Of a stretch of DNA of 64,000 nucleotides, positions 10,197 to 20,538 are shown piece by piece. Source of the stretch: a virus; the IMG/VR virus record IMGVR_UViG_3300028827_000100, positions 32,001 to 96,000 of that record; one strand, written 5' to 3'. Within the stretch, counting starts at the first letter, position 1; each line of letters opens with the position of its first letter. A program made the translations under genes and the position numbers. The notes below the pieces were generated by a model. That model did not search any database. It was not told where the DNA came from and saw only the letters and a list, made by a program, of their open reading frames with translations.

Positions 10197-12087
10197 TAAT
10201 ATCCTGAAGATGAAACCTGTTGGCATTGACAGTTTTTGCCGTTCCATTTCACACAACAGTAAAATTGTTATTGAACTTCCGTCAGATACTCCGGTTGAAG
10301 CGGACGACGACCTGTTTCTGGAAGGGCTTGCTGTCAAGGTCGCCGGAGAAAAAGAAAAGAAAGTTGTAAGTGAAGAATATGGGAATATTATAGATTATGC
10401 GGTTAGAGCACTTGGTTTGAGAACGATATACAAGTATAAGCGGCAATATCAGGTGTTGAGAGACTTTTTCATGTTGCGATGTCCCGTCTGCAACGGAAAA
10501 GAAATGGATGTATGGAATATGACTGAAGAAGAAATTGAGAGAGAAGTGCTCATGCGACTTGACATGAAGTCTGAAAAACTTGTCTGTGACGGGTGCGGGC
10601 ACACCGTTGACAGGATGAAGTACAGAGACCTTGTTCTGTGTGTTGGCATGAGAAGCGGAAAAACTGTTACAGCGGCGATAATTGCCGCATATATATTTTA
10701 TCTGATTTTTGTTGTACCAAAACTTGACAGAAGGTTTCAGCTCATACCAGACCAGAGCTTGAGGGTGTCCATGGTAAGTACATCTTCGTCACAGACTGAA
10801 AAGACGGTTTGGTCTGCATTTACTTCATTGCTTGAGAACGCAATAGACGAAGATATAAAAAGAATTGTCAGGAACAATTCCAACTATGTTGAGATAGATA
10901 CGAATACAAAAGAGTGGAAAGTTGAAAACATAGAGTTTATGTCACTACACTCAAACTCCGGTTCACTTGCAGGTGGTACTGGCATACTTGCCGTGCTTGA
11001 GGAGTTTTCGAGATTTAACCTTGGCACTTCAAAGAGGAGTGCGGATGAAGTGAGAAACGTTTTGGACAGATCGCTTGCAACAACGAGGTCGGTTGCCAAA
11101 ACGTATCTCGAAGACCTCTTTACATTAATGGTAGTCATAAGTTCACCCTACTATGTTGTCGACGATCCTACAATGATGCTGTTTTATGATGTGGGCGAAT
11201 CGGGCGTTATCAATGTGAAATATGGCAGGCATATCAAAGGTGAACTGCTTGCATACCATTATCCAACTTGGGAATTTAATCCATTTATAGACAGAGGGGC
11301 ATCTTTCATAGAGAGGGCGTATTCTCTGGATGCGGCGGCGGCAGAAAGGGACTATGGGGCCAATCCTGTATCGTCGGCTGGTGGATTGTTTGAAAATGTT
11401 GAAAGCATTTACGAGAAAATTTTTCTGGATACAGACGACGGAATTATTTTTAATGTATATCCAAAACGAGAAGGAGACCTTGTAGCATTAACGGCTAAAG
11501 TTGAAAGCATAAAGAATTGTTTTGCCAAAGAGTATTATGTTCACATAGACCTTGGCTTGAATCACGACCTTCTGACTATGGTGTTTGCGAGGCCTGAAGA
11601 TGGGAATGTTTATGTTGACGGCATGCTTGTTATAAAGTCTGAACACAACATAGAGGCATACATTGATACACCGATTGAAATAATAGAAAGTATTAAAGAC
11701 AGGGTGAAAATAAATTATGTATCTTACGACAGATGGCAATCTGTTCCCGGCATACAGCGTTTGAAAAGGATGATGATTCCGGCTGGACTTTTCAGTGTCC
11801 GTGATGATGCGATAGTCACCTTGAAGTTTATGATGATGGCCGGAAAGGTTTACATACTTGACAACGACAAAAATGCAACGACAATTTTGAAACACGAAAT
11901 GAGAAGCGTGAGAAGGGTTAATGGAAAGTTAACTCATACAGATTTGCTTGTGTCTGTTTCCGGTGCTGTGAAGAACGCATTTACAGGTGTTACAAAGAAA
12001 ATGTATACCAAGGGCAGGAATGTCGTTTCCCATGTTACAGATTACAAAAACTTCATGCCGAGAACTGCAAAAATAGGCAGGCTTTAG
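10165..12087 (+). CDS. terL: Terminase large subunit
   Basis: Walker A GMRSGKT, Walker B AVLEEF, VVISSP motif, RuvC-like YVHIDLG and SYDRWQS; CPVC/CDGC insert. Confidence 0.9.
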   Translation: MNTTGLSKRHDNILKMKPVGIDSFCRSISHNSKIVIELPSDTPVEADDDLFLEGLAVKVAGEKEKKVVSEEYGNIIDYAVRALGLRTIYKYKRQYQVLRDFFMLRCPVCNGKEMDVWNMTEEEIEREVLMRLDMKSEKLVCDGCGHTVDRMKYRDLVLCVGMRSGKTVTAAIIAAYIFYLIFVVPKLDRRFQLIPDQSLRVSMVSTSSSQTEKTVWSAFTSLLENAIDEDIKRIVRNNSNYVEIDTNTKEWKVENIEFMSLHSNSGSLAGGTGILAVLEEFSRFNLGTSKRSADEVRNVLDRSLATTRSVAKTYLEDLFTLMVVISSPYYVVDDPTMMLFYDVGESGVINVKYGRHIKGELLAYHYPTWEFNPFIDRGASFIERAYSLDAAAAERDYGANPVSSAGGLFENVESIYEKIFLDTDDGIIFNVYPKREGDLVALTAKVESIKNCFAKEYYVHIDLGLNHDLLTMVFARPEDGNVYVDGMLVIKSEHNIEAYIDTPIEIIESIKDRVKINYVSYDRWQSVPGIQRLKRMMIPAGLFSVRDDAIVTLKFMMMAGKVYILDNDKNATTILKHEMRSVRRVNGKLTHTDLLVSVSGAVKNAFTGVTKKMYTKGRNVVSHVTDYKNFMPRTAKIGRL

Positions 12088-12096
12088 GGGGTGTAG

Positions 12097-13944
12097 ATGC
12101 CAACTAAAAAGACAACCGGAAAAACAAAAAAGAAGACAGCGTCGTATAACGATGTGATTCCAAGAATAATTGGTGGTGCTGGTAGTGATGGTGGAATGAA
12201 GAAGAAAGCCAATCCAACTGTTGGAGGGCCGGGAACGGTTGGTGGCATTTCCGGTGGAATAGAGTCCGGCATGTCTTTTACAAGACCTGTCAGGTATGAG
12301 CCGGAGTTTGCTTCACCTGAAAGATGGTCTTTTCCAAAAAACATCAAAAAGATAAATGACTACTTCAGAATATTTTACAAGTTCGATCCGCTCGTTGGTG
12401 CTGTGATAGATATATACACAGAAATGCCATTGTCGGATTATGAGATAAGCGGCGACGGGGTTGACGGTGAAATCAAGGAAAGACTTGAAGAAATGTTTGA
12501 AGTGATTAATTTTCTGTCCTTGATGAAAAATATAGGGACAGAGTTTCTTGTTGTAGGTGAGGCGATACCACATCTCTTTTACAATAAAGACCTTGGATAT
12601 TGGGATGGGTATAGTCTTCACAGGCAGGAAGATATTGAAGTGGTGGATACTCACTTAATGGGTATAGAGCCGGTTCTTATTCTTCGACCGGACAAGGAAG
12701 AGGTTGCAAAGCTGAAAAAAATAAAAACGGCATATGAAAAATTCGGAATTGAGCAGGGTGAAACAAATCTTTACATGGAAGAGCTTTTGACAAAAAAGGA
12801 AGTTGCACTTGAAAACCTGAATGTGACGTTTATACCAAGAAGATTGCACGAGTATGAATTGCGTGGAACGAGTATATTGACGAGATTGTGGAGGGCGTTC
12901 ATGTACGAAGACGCTCTTGCAAATGCGAGTATACAGACCGCATACAGGCACGCATCTCCTGTCAAGGTTGTTAAAATGGGAGACCTTGCGAGCGGATACA
13001 TACCCACGGAAGAACAGATTAATGAATTGACAAGAGTTCTTGCGATGAGTGAGACAGACCCGCAGGCATGGGTTTTTGCTCCCCCCGGAACAACATTTGA
13101 AGCATGGGGTACAAATGACAGGATAACAGGGTTGAAATCTGATTATGAGATTATAGAAAATATGAAGTTGACAGCCCTTGGTGTAAGCAGAGATTTTATT
13201 ACGGGGGCGGCGAATTATGCATCGGCACAGGCCGGATTGCAGGTTTTGCTTTCAAGATTGCTTGCATTTAGAACTTTGATAGAACAGGCGTTTGTTTATC
13301 CAAAATTCATTTTTCCGATTGTTAAGGTGAACAAGTGGATTAGAAGGTCTGCCGCCGATTATGAACACAACGTGAGAACTACAAAAAATACGAATTATGT
13401 TATGCCGAAAATAGTGTGGAGCAAGAAGTTGAAAGTTACAGTTGATGCTGAACTGCTTGAGGCGTATTCAAGTCTTGTAAGAGATTTTGACGTTAAGTTG
13501 AGTGAGAGAACTCTTACCGAAGTAGTTGGTATTAACTGGTCAGATGAACAGAGGCGAATTATGGAAGAGAAAATGATAAAGAGTATTATGGAAAAAGGAG
13601 AGATGGAAGAAGGCGAAACGCCTGTTGGCGGTCTACCGGGTGGAGGAGGCAGAGGATTTGGTGGCTTTACCGGAGAGCCGAAAGCCCTTGGTGAGGGCGG
13701 TGGCCCTGAAGGTGGTGTTGAAGAAATTGCGCCAGAACCGAATCTGGAAGAAAGTCCCGGCGAAGTCAGAATGCACGCTTCCGCAAAAAGACAGCTTGGA
13801 GATGTATTTCTTTCCGGTGTTTACAAACCTAACGGTAGAGCAATGCGTGTTCTTGAAGACATATCTGTTGACGAACTCAAGGACAAGATAGGAAAATTGT
13901 ACAGGAACGGGAAGAAGGGTAAGGTAAAAAAAAATAAAAGGTAA
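12097..13944 (+). CDS. Portal protein
   Basis: Follows TerL; YKFDPLVGAVIDIYTEMP, GTSIL, ALGVSRDFITG..NYASA pattern of HK97-type portals; Gly/Glu-rich tail. Confidence 0.85.
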   Translation: MPTKKTTGKTKKKTASYNDVIPRIIGGAGSDGGMKKKANPTVGGPGTVGGISGGIESGMSFTRPVRYEPEFASPERWSFPKNIKKINDYFRIFYKFDPLVGAVIDIYTEMPLSDYEISGDGVDGEIKERLEEMFEVINFLSLMKNIGTEFLVVGEAIPHLFYNKDLGYWDGYSLHRQEDIEVVDTHLMGIEPVLILRPDKEEVAKLKKIKTAYEKFGIEQGETNLYMEELLTKKEVALENLNVTFIPRRLHEYELRGTSILTRLWRAFMYEDALANASIQTAYRHASPVKVVKMGDLASGYIPTEEQINELTRVLAMSETDPQAWVFAPPGTTFEAWGTNDRITGLKSDYEIIENMKLTALGVSRDFITGAANYASAQAGLQVLLSRLLAFRTLIEQAFVYPKFIFPIVKVNKWIRRSAADYEHNVRTTKNTNYVMPKIVWSKKLKVTVDAELLEAYSSLVRDFDVKLSERTLTEVVGINWSDEQRRIMEEKMIKSIMEKGEMEEGETPVGGLPGGGGRGFGGFTGEPKALGEGGGPEGGVEEIAPEPNLEESPGEVRMHASAKRQLGDVFLSGVYKPNGRAMRVLEDISVDELKDKIGKLYRNGKKGKVKKNKR

Positions 13945-13956
13945 AGGAGGCAGGAA

Positions 13957-14322
13957 ATGGAAAAGGTGAATCCTTTTAAGGAGAGGCAGACGGTAGATGA
14001 ATCAAGGGCGAATATTCTCTATGGCAAACTGTCAGTGGCCTTTATGAAAAAGCCCGGTGGTTTGTTGTTTAAACTGTTTGACCTTGGAACATTGTCTTTT
14101 CAGGAAGACAACAGGCTCAAGGTGTACAAGGACAGGGTCGGTGATTCTGTGAGAAAGTTTTTGGCAAATATAAAAATTGGCAATGACCCGGTAAAGTGTT
14201 ATGAGGCATTGAGGTATGAATTGTTCAAGACGGCAAGGCTTGGTATAGGGGATGACAGCAAACACAATCTCTTTTGTGAGGCGGTTGACGAAATATTAAT
14301 GTCGATAGAAGAAGAGTTTTAA
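13957..14322 (+). CDS. Hypothetical protein (head module)
   Basis: AAGGAGG SD. Confidence 0.6.
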   Translation: MEKVNPFKERQTVDESRANILYGKLSVAFMKKPGGLLFKLFDLGTLSFQEDNRLKVYKDRVGDSVRKFLANIKIGNDPVKCYEALRYELFKTARLGIGDDSKHNLFCEAVDEILMSIEEEF

Positions 14323-14331
14323 GGAGGCCGT

Positions 14332-14478
14332 ATGTTTAAAAAAAATCAGAAGGTTACAGATATAAAAAGGGTTGGGGAAGCTGAAGTTGATAAGAGAATA
14401 TCAGAACTTGAAAAAAAGATAAGAAAGGTGATGAGAAACGGCAAAGCTCCACGAGACGTTAAAGTGGTGAAAAAATAA
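14332..14478 (+). CDS. Small basic hypothetical protein, 48 aa (not in the ORF track)
   Basis: AAGGAGG SD, then MFKKNQKVTDIKRVGEAEVDKRISELEKKIRKVMRNGKAPRDVKVVKK. Confidence 0.7.
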   Translation: MFKKNQKVTDIKRVGEAEVDKRISELEKKIRKVMRNGKAPRDVKVVKK

Positions 14479-14552
14479 CTTGTGGCGTTTTTTCTTCTTT
14501 ATTCTTTACGAGGGGGAAAGTGCGCCTTTTTTCATTTTTATGGAGGAGTGTC

Positions 14553-15272
14553 ATGCTGATTAAAACTGCAAAAGTCACAATAATTTCTGCAAGCAGGGAT
14601 ATGAGAAGCGGGGCGTTTTCATTCATGAAACGGATTGCAAACACGCCAGCCTCTTTTACAGAGGCAAAGTTTGCAGAACTTCTCGATGTGGTACACAAGC
14701 CGTATAATATATCCAACAATCCAGACGACTATATGTTTCTTGTTGCGAGAGCTTTGACGGCAGATGTACCAAACGAGAACAAAGACGCTTTCGGAGAGTA
14801 TGAGTTGTTGTCTGTCAAGGAAGCTGGAGTGTTCACATACGAGACGTTCAGGATGACACCCCTTCTTGAAGAACATGACGATTCGGACATACCCACAGTT
14901 GCAGGTGGTTTCAATATTGATGCTTATTATGACGATACTAACAGTGATGATAAATTTGTCGCTTTGCTTATAGCACTTGACACTTCAAAGAAACCTCATA
15001 TAGCGTCCAAAATTCTCAATGGTGACAAAGTGGATTTTTCAATGGGTTGTATCTGCATGAGAACAAGGTGCTCAAAGTGTGGCAATATTGCATATGATGA
15101 GAAAGATTTTTGTAATCATGTAAAAAACAAGTTTGCCTTTGGAAAGGACGTTTTTGAGTGGTGCGAAGATGTAACATACAGAGAACTTTCCCATGTTGCA
15201 GAGCCAGCCGATCCTAATGCAAGCAGTATACAGGCTTGTTATAACGATGGCGGCAAAATAATATGTAAATGA
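14553..15272 (+). CDS. Prohead (maturation) protease with Zn-finger insert
   Basis: GGAGGAG SD before ATG 14553; NENKDAF, EEH, FSMGC, CSKCG...CNH and ELSHVAEPAD motifs of HK97/herpes-fold phage proteases. Confidence 0.75.
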   Translation: MLIKTAKVTIISASRDMRSGAFSFMKRIANTPASFTEAKFAELLDVVHKPYNISNNPDDYMFLVARALTADVPNENKDAFGEYELLSVKEAGVFTYETFRMTPLLEEHDDSDIPTVAGGFNIDAYYDDTNSDDKFVALLIALDTSKKPHIASKILNGDKVDFSMGCICMRTRCSKCGNIAYDEKDFCNHVKNKFAFGKDVFEWCEDVTYRELSHVAEPADPNASSIQACYNDGGKIICK

Positions 15273-15286
15273 CAAGGGGGATAAAA

Positions 15287-16885
15287 ATGGAAAAAGAGCT
15301 TCTGTGGAAGATAGCATCCGCAAACAACAGACTTGCAGTTTTGAAGTTTGCAAGGGCCATCGTGTATGCAGACAGGAATGAAAAGGAAATAGACGAAACG
15401 CTCGTAAAGAAGATTGCAGATTCAGTTGACGCCGATGACATGGAAAAGTATGTGGATGAGTTTGTTTGCAAGGTTGCTGGAATCGGTGATGGCGATTGCA
15501 ACATGGCATCGGTTGAAATTGCAGATGATATGATACGAGAGGCTGTTAAAGGTATAAAGGAAGTGGAATCATTTTATCTTGGTGAATGGAGAACTTATCC
15601 GGTATTTACAATTGAGAGCATGAGAAGGGCATACGTAAACAACAGAGTTGTTGTTGCCAGCAATGAAGAAGAAATGCTCGACAGGTCTTTCAGGATAATT
15701 TCAAACATACTTGATGACGAAGAGGAGGCTTACAATCTCGTTAAGGCTGGAATTGGAGAGTTTTTGGCTGGTAGCAAAAAGAAGAAGGCTTTGAATGTTT
15801 CAAAGGGTGATGTTGTATGTTTGAATGAAAATCCCGATGTGTGTGGAAAGGTTGTGGACGGCCCCCTCAAGTTCAGGGGGAATATGTATATAATCAGGGA
15901 CAACTCCGGTAAAGAGTTGTCTCTTTATCCGAATGAATTTCATCTGAAGTCTATAGGTGTGGCCGCAAGTGTCAATCCATATCTCAATCTCAAAAAGGTT
16001 GTTGCGGATGCTAAAACTATATACGTTTCAGACAACGAAATAGCAGAGGTTGATGAAGGTGGCAGTGTTGTTGTAAGGGACAAACAGTCGGGCGAACAGA
16101 AGAGAGAAGAAAAATATGAGTCTGCACAGGAAGCTGTTAATCAGGTTACACAGAGCGGGTTTAAGCCTGTTTCTTACTACACCGGGAGTAAGCCTGATAT
16201 AGAGGTGTCAATAATACGTGCAAATAAGGCAGTCATATACGATTTGCGAAACGGGGATAAAAAGAGAAAAATACCTGTTTTTGCAAACAACGAATTTGAC
16301 CTCATACAGGCCATATATGACGAGACGGAAAAGTTGTGCAATTGTGGACTCAAGGCTTACAGGGTTATTGAAGCCGCTGTTAAAAAGTGGTCTGCTGAAA
16401 ATGGAGAGTCGGATGGATATGATCCATTACAGGACACAATAGACCCGATAACCGCCAATCAGGACGTTGTTCTTGATACCGCATGGATGATTTATGATGC
16501 CGGAAAGGAAGTGACGCCTAAAAACATTTTTGCTAAGGTTAAAGATTTTATAGGTATGAGTGACAGCGATTACAATTCTGAAATAGCAGAATCGATAAAA
16601 ATAGTTCTTGCGGATAATGGCTGGCAATCCCTGAAGCAGAAAGAGAAACAGGAGCAGAATGTTGAAAAGGTTGCTGCCGGATGGGAAAAGTTGCCGAAGG
16701 GGTGGACGGAAGAGTCTCTTAAAAAATTCTGGAACTCGTTGACTGGAAACGTGAAACACAAAACGAAAAAGTGTATAAGGAAGTTTGAAGGTATAGTTGA
16801 TGATCCCGGAGCTTTTTGTGCTTCCTTGAGAGATAGGGTAGAGGGGACTACAAAATGGAGGGGAAGTTCAACAGAAAACTCATAG
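15287..16885 (+). CDS. Multi-domain head-associated (probable internal/core) protein
   Basis: Lies between protease and scaffold. Small modules include an SH3/KOW-like KGDVV...GKVV and a C-terminal KKCIRKFEGIVDDPGAFCASL. Confidence 0.5.
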   Translation: MEKELLWKIASANNRLAVLKFARAIVYADRNEKEIDETLVKKIADSVDADDMEKYVDEFVCKVAGIGDGDCNMASVEIADDMIREAVKGIKEVESFYLGEWRTYPVFTIESMRRAYVNNRVVVASNEEEMLDRSFRIISNILDDEEEAYNLVKAGIGEFLAGSKKKKALNVSKGDVVCLNENPDVCGKVVDGPLKFRGNMYIIRDNSGKELSLYPNEFHLKSIGVAASVNPYLNLKKVVADAKTIYVSDNEIAEVDEGGSVVVRDKQSGEQKREEKYESAQEAVNQVTQSGFKPVSYYTGSKPDIEVSIIRANKAVIYDLRNGDKKRKIPVFANNEFDLIQAIYDETEKLCNCGLKAYRVIEAAVKKWSAENGESDGYDPLQDTIDPITANQDVVLDTAWMIYDAGKEVTPKNIFAKVKDFIGMSDSDYNSEIAESIKIVLADNGWQSLKQKEKQEQNVEKVAAGWEKLPKGWTEESLKKFWNSLTGNVKHKTKKCIRKFEGIVDDPGAFCASLRDRVEGTTKWRGSSTENS

Positions 16886-16896
16886 GAGGAGAAACT

Positions 16897-17103
16897 ATGC
16901 CTAACAATTCCAAAGAGGTGGCAGATTTTATAGCAAGACTTGGAATGATGATAGCGGCGGGTACTGATTTGTCAACTTTGCAGTACCATACGTTGCAGGC
17001 TGTTAATCAGATGAACATGACTGGTATAGAAAAAATGCTTTTTATAAGCATGGTAAACAAGACACTCAAAAGCATGGGTGTCAGCGGAGAAATAAAGGTA
17101 TAG
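16897..17103 (+). CDS. Small hypothetical protein
   Basis: AGGAGGAG SD before ATG 16897. Confidence 0.6.
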   Translation: MPNNSKEVADFIARLGMMIAAGTDLSTLQYHTLQAVNQMNMTGIEKMLFISMVNKTLKSMGVSGEIKV

Positions 17104-17206
17104 CAGGTTGTAAAGGCTGTTTGGTGCAAGGTGTGGTGAGTGGTATTTGGAGTAAGGGAAGTGGCAAAAGGCGACGGGTAATATATCAAAATCAAGGAGG
17201 AGTTGC

Positions 17207-18175
17207 ATGGATAGGCGACAGAAGATTAAAAGACTTGCAAGAATGTTGAGAATGCGTGCCGAAGCCAAAAGGAAGGGTGTGGCAGCATCTCCTGCAAGAA
17301 GAAAGGCTGCTCTGAAAAATGCAATTGCGAGAAAGAGAAAGTCGGTTGCAGGAAAAGCTCCGGCCATTACCGGTAGCAAAAAACTTGCGGTTCTGAAGAA
17401 GATAAACGAGCTGAAGAAGGAACTCCGCAAACGCAAACTTGCAAGAGCTGGCTCCACTTCCGCATTGAGTAAACGCAGGTTGAGAAAGCCGTCAGCACGT
17501 TCTCGTATTCTTTCCACGAACTTGAGGTCGAGGCTTCGCAGGAGAAGGGCTATAGAGGAGTCCAACAGCATCCTTGAGAGGGCAGATGACAACATCAACG
17601 AGGACACGATGAATAAGAATTATGGTATGCCCGCTCCGAAGCCAACGTTTGTTACGGGGCCACAGTTGAAGAAGCTCAAGGATGAACAGCTGAAGGATGC
17701 GCCTCCCACCCTTTTGGCAGAAGATGTCAGAGAATCTTTTAAGAGGGCAATTAAGATTGCTTACAAGAAGTTTGCAAAAAATCTTGAAGCAATCGGTCAT
17801 CCCCTCAAGGCATCTCTTTGGGAACACTTTGCCAACACTGGCAGGTTGAATCCCTCTGTCATAACGGCGGCTATTGACTCGGCATTTGAGGAGGCTGGAG
17901 ACGAGTTTCTCGAAATTCTCTTCAAGAGAGCGGAAGAAATTGCAGACTATTCACCCGAAACGATTGCTGAAATGGAAAGAGAGATTGAGTTGACGTGTCA
18001 GGTTACACCTACTGTTGAGCCGCCTGAAGAAGAGGAGGAGTTTGAAGAAGAAGAGAAAGAGGCTGAAGAAGTTGAGGAGAGACTCGTTGAAGGAAGTCTC
18101 AAAATACCAAGGAGTGCTACCAGCAAGAAAGCATCACTGCTTTCTATGGCAGTTCCATCTTACAACATCGAATAG
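17207..18175 (+). CDS. Putative scaffolding/core protein
   Basis: Upstream of decoration and capsid genes; very basic N-terminal part, helical middle, poly-Glu C-terminus. Confidence 0.55.
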   Translation: MDRRQKIKRLARMLRMRAEAKRKGVAASPARRKAALKNAIARKRKSVAGKAPAITGSKKLAVLKKINELKKELRKRKLARAGSTSALSKRRLRKPSARSRILSTNLRSRLRRRRAIEESNSILERADDNINEDTMNKNYGMPAPKPTFVTGPQLKKLKDEQLKDAPPTLLAEDVRESFKRAIKIAYKKFAKNLEAIGHPLKASLWEHFANTGRLNPSVITAAIDSAFEEAGDEFLEILFKRAEEIADYSPETIAEMEREIELTCQVTPTVEPPEEEEEFEEEEKEAEEVEERLVEGSLKIPRSATSKKASLLSMAVPSYNIE

Positions 18176-18187
18176 GAGGATGTCACG

Positions 18188-18874
18188 ATGATAGACCTTA
18201 CAAGAAGCGTTTTTACTGTCAACCTTGGCATCCGTGACGTTGATCCGAACGCTCAAATTCTTCAGGGGCAGATAGTGGCCCTTGATACGGAAGGAAGGAT
18301 TACGCTTGCGGATGGAGTTGATGCTTATGGAGTTGCGAAATGGAACAAGGCGGATACTTTCTATTCACCTGTTGTGGATGAGTCCATACAGTTGAATGGA
18401 ACGACCCCTTCCAACCTTGACCATGCAAATATCAAGTCTGGTTCTGTCCGTGTTACAAGCTCGGATGGCTCTACTGTCTATGCCGAAACTACGGACTACA
18501 CGGTTAACTACACCAATGGTCAGATAACAAGGGTTGGTGCGGGAAATATCCCGGATGGAGCAACGGTTCTCGTCACTTACTCGTATCAGATGACGGAGTA
18601 CGAGTTGAAGGTTATTCGTGGTACGAATTACCAGAACGCAACGGACGACACACTCGGTAGTGGTAAGATGACTGTAGCACAGGATTTCTTTGAAATCTAC
18701 ACCGACCAGTACGACACTTCGCAGGGTTATACACCGGGTGATGTTTTGTATGTGGGTTCAGGTGCTACTGCCGGGCTTTTTACCACCGACAATGCCAGTG
18801 GTAAGGCTTACGGCATAGTGGTAAAAGCTCCTTCGGCATCCGATCCGTTGCTTGGAGTGCAAGTAGGAAGGTAG
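18188..18874 (+). CDS. Head decoration/cement protein with inserted beta domain
   Basis: Immediately before the capsid gene; YTPGDVLYV...G.FT...YGIVVKAP pattern; insert YAETTDYTVNYTNGQIT. Confidence 0.65.
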   Translation: MIDLTRSVFTVNLGIRDVDPNAQILQGQIVALDTEGRITLADGVDAYGVAKWNKADTFYSPVVDESIQLNGTTPSNLDHANIKSGSVRVTSSDGSTVYAETTDYTVNYTNGQITRVGAGNIPDGATVLVTYSYQMTEYELKVIRGTNYQNATDDTLGSGKMTVAQDFFEIYTDQYDTSQGYTPGDVLYVGSGATAGLFTTDNASGKAYGIVVKAPSASDPLLGVQVGR

Positions 18875-18887
18875 GAGGTAAGAGAAT

Positions 18888-20051
18888 ATGAGAAATCCAT
18901 ATAAGAAGGCTAATAATGGCAAGGGAGTCAAGAGGACTGTTGGAGCTATAAAGAAGAGAAGAAGCGTTCCAAAGATTGCTTCAAGACTGGCAAGAAAAGA
19001 TTTGCGTACAAGGATGCTGGACGACAACAGGAACATCAATCCCATGTTGAGTACCGGCGAGAGAATGTTCAACAAGGAGGGTTCTCTCAACGCATATGAC
19101 AAGAGAGATGCTATTGCGATGATACACAGGCTGTTGAACGATACCCACCTTGGCAAGGTTCGTTCTGCATCCTATAGAAAGGAATCGGATTTGAAGCCTG
19201 AAGAAAGAAGGGAGATTCTCATTCAGGCATTTAAGTCCGATGATGGAATCAGAAAGTTGGGCGAGGAGTTGCTTGCTCCGATTAAGAACGTGCTCGACTA
19301 TGAAGGTTGGGCCAGAAAGATTCTCCGAATCAAGGAGATTGGTCAGGGTGAAATCCACAGGATTTCAAAAGACATTTATGTGGTCGCCTTCATCGTTGGG
19401 CAGGATGGTCAGAGTGTAAGTTCGCAGGCCTTCGGTTCTTACATCTACCCTTCAGAGTTCAAGGTTACGGCCTTTCCTGAAGTTGACATTCAGGACATCT
19501 ACCAGATGAATTTTGATGTTCTTGAACGTCAGCAGGATTTGGCGAAGCAGATGATTATGCTGAAGGAAGACAAGGCCCTCGTTTCTGCTCTCGATCAGGC
19601 GTCTACCGCAGTCAATGATGTTGTGTATTTCTCCACGTTCAACATTGGTACTTTCGAGGACATAAGGTATCAGGTTGAGCGTCACAGGTTGATAGTTGAC
19701 AAGTTCATCGTCAACAGGCAGGAGATAAACAACCTCATCAAGAATATGCACAACTATGTTGACATTGTGACGGAGCGTGAGCTGATACTCATGGGCTATA
19801 TCGGAAACGTGCTCGGTACACAGATTATCACTACTGCCGGAACGGGTGTTCAGGAAGTTGTTCCTGCTGGTAGCGTGTACGTTGTCACACAGGGTTCGTT
19901 CCTTGGTGAGATGGGAATCAGGCTCGACCTCCAGAGCGAACAGTACAACAAGTTCAATCAGCAGGAGACGAAGAAGGGTTGGATGTTCCTTGAGATAATC
20001 GATCAGGCTATCGCAAATCCAAGGTCGGTTGCAAAAGGCGTCCGCATATAG
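18888..20051 (+). CDS. Major capsid protein (HK97 fold)
   Basis: Synteny, 387 aa, biased high-expression-like codons (ATC/TTC/AAC/CGT), C-terminal AIANPRSVAKG, followed by a terminator. Confidence 0.85.
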   Translation: MRNPYKKANNGKGVKRTVGAIKKRRSVPKIASRLARKDLRTRMLDDNRNINPMLSTGERMFNKEGSLNAYDKRDAIAMIHRLLNDTHLGKVRSASYRKESDLKPEERREILIQAFKSDDGIRKLGEELLAPIKNVLDYEGWARKILRIKEIGQGEIHRISKDIYVVAFIVGQDGQSVSSQAFGSYIYPSEFKVTAFPEVDIQDIYQMNFDVLERQQDLAKQMIMLKEDKALVSALDQASTAVNDVVYFSTFNIGTFEDIRYQVERHRLIVDKFIVNRQEINNLIKNMHNYVDIVTERELILMGYIGNVLGTQIITTAGTGVQEVVPAGSVYVVTQGSFLGEMGIRLDLQSEQYNKFNQQETKKGWMFLEIIDQAIANPRSVAKGVRI

Positions 20052-20060
20052 CCTGCATGT

Positions 20061-20093
20061 GGCGGGGTACTGTATTGTACCCCGCCTATTTTT
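20061..20093 (+). terminator. Rho-independent terminator after the capsid gene
   Basis: GGCGGGGTAC-TGTATT-GTACCCCGCC followed by TATTTTT. Confidence 0.85.
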
Positions 20094-20113
20094 AATGGCA
20101 CGGGGGTGAGCAA

Positions 20114-20521
20114 GTGGTAAACAGGGTTTCATACAAGGAAACTGTAGGTGCTGGAGCAACAAAAACAATTGTTATTCCACCTGAAAATATAGAATTGAGG
20201 GATTTTACGTTTTTATCCTACCCTAATATTGCAATGACCGGGAATATAGATTTTGGTATTTATGATGAAATAGACGGGGTGATGTGGCACACGCTGAAAA
20301 GCGTGACTTTCACGAATGAAAAAAAGATTGCATTTTTCTCTCCGGAAGTTGATGGGAATTTTCCAAGAATGTTTCCTGCTACAAGGAAGGGGAACTTTGC
20401 AGGTTCAGACCTTGTAGTTGACGATAGATTCAGGCTTGCATGTCAGGTTGTAAATGGCGGGGCGGGAGATATAGAGATTGTTCTTCACTTCATGAAAATT
20501 TACAGTGATGCAGATTATTAA
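20114..20521 (+). CDS. Hypothetical beta-rich protein
   Basis: GTG start, GGGGGTG SD. Confidence 0.55.
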   Translation: MVNRVSYKETVGAGATKTIVIPPENIELRDFTFLSYPNIAMTGNIDFGIYDEIDGVMWHTLKSVTFTNEKKIAFFSPEVDGNFPRMFPATRKGNFAGSDLVVDDRFRLACQVVNGGAGDIEIVLHFMKIYSDADY

Positions 20522-20538
20522 GGTGAAAGGAGGATGTA

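Noticed and set aside
10165-10212. TerS-TerL frameshift fusion
   Set aside because: No full slippery heptamer, and ATG 10165 has a usable GGAG/AAGGTG SD.
13921-13944. A9 run near the end of the portal gene as a frameshift site
   Set aside because: The downstream gene has its own strong SD and ATG; the run is explained by Lys codons.
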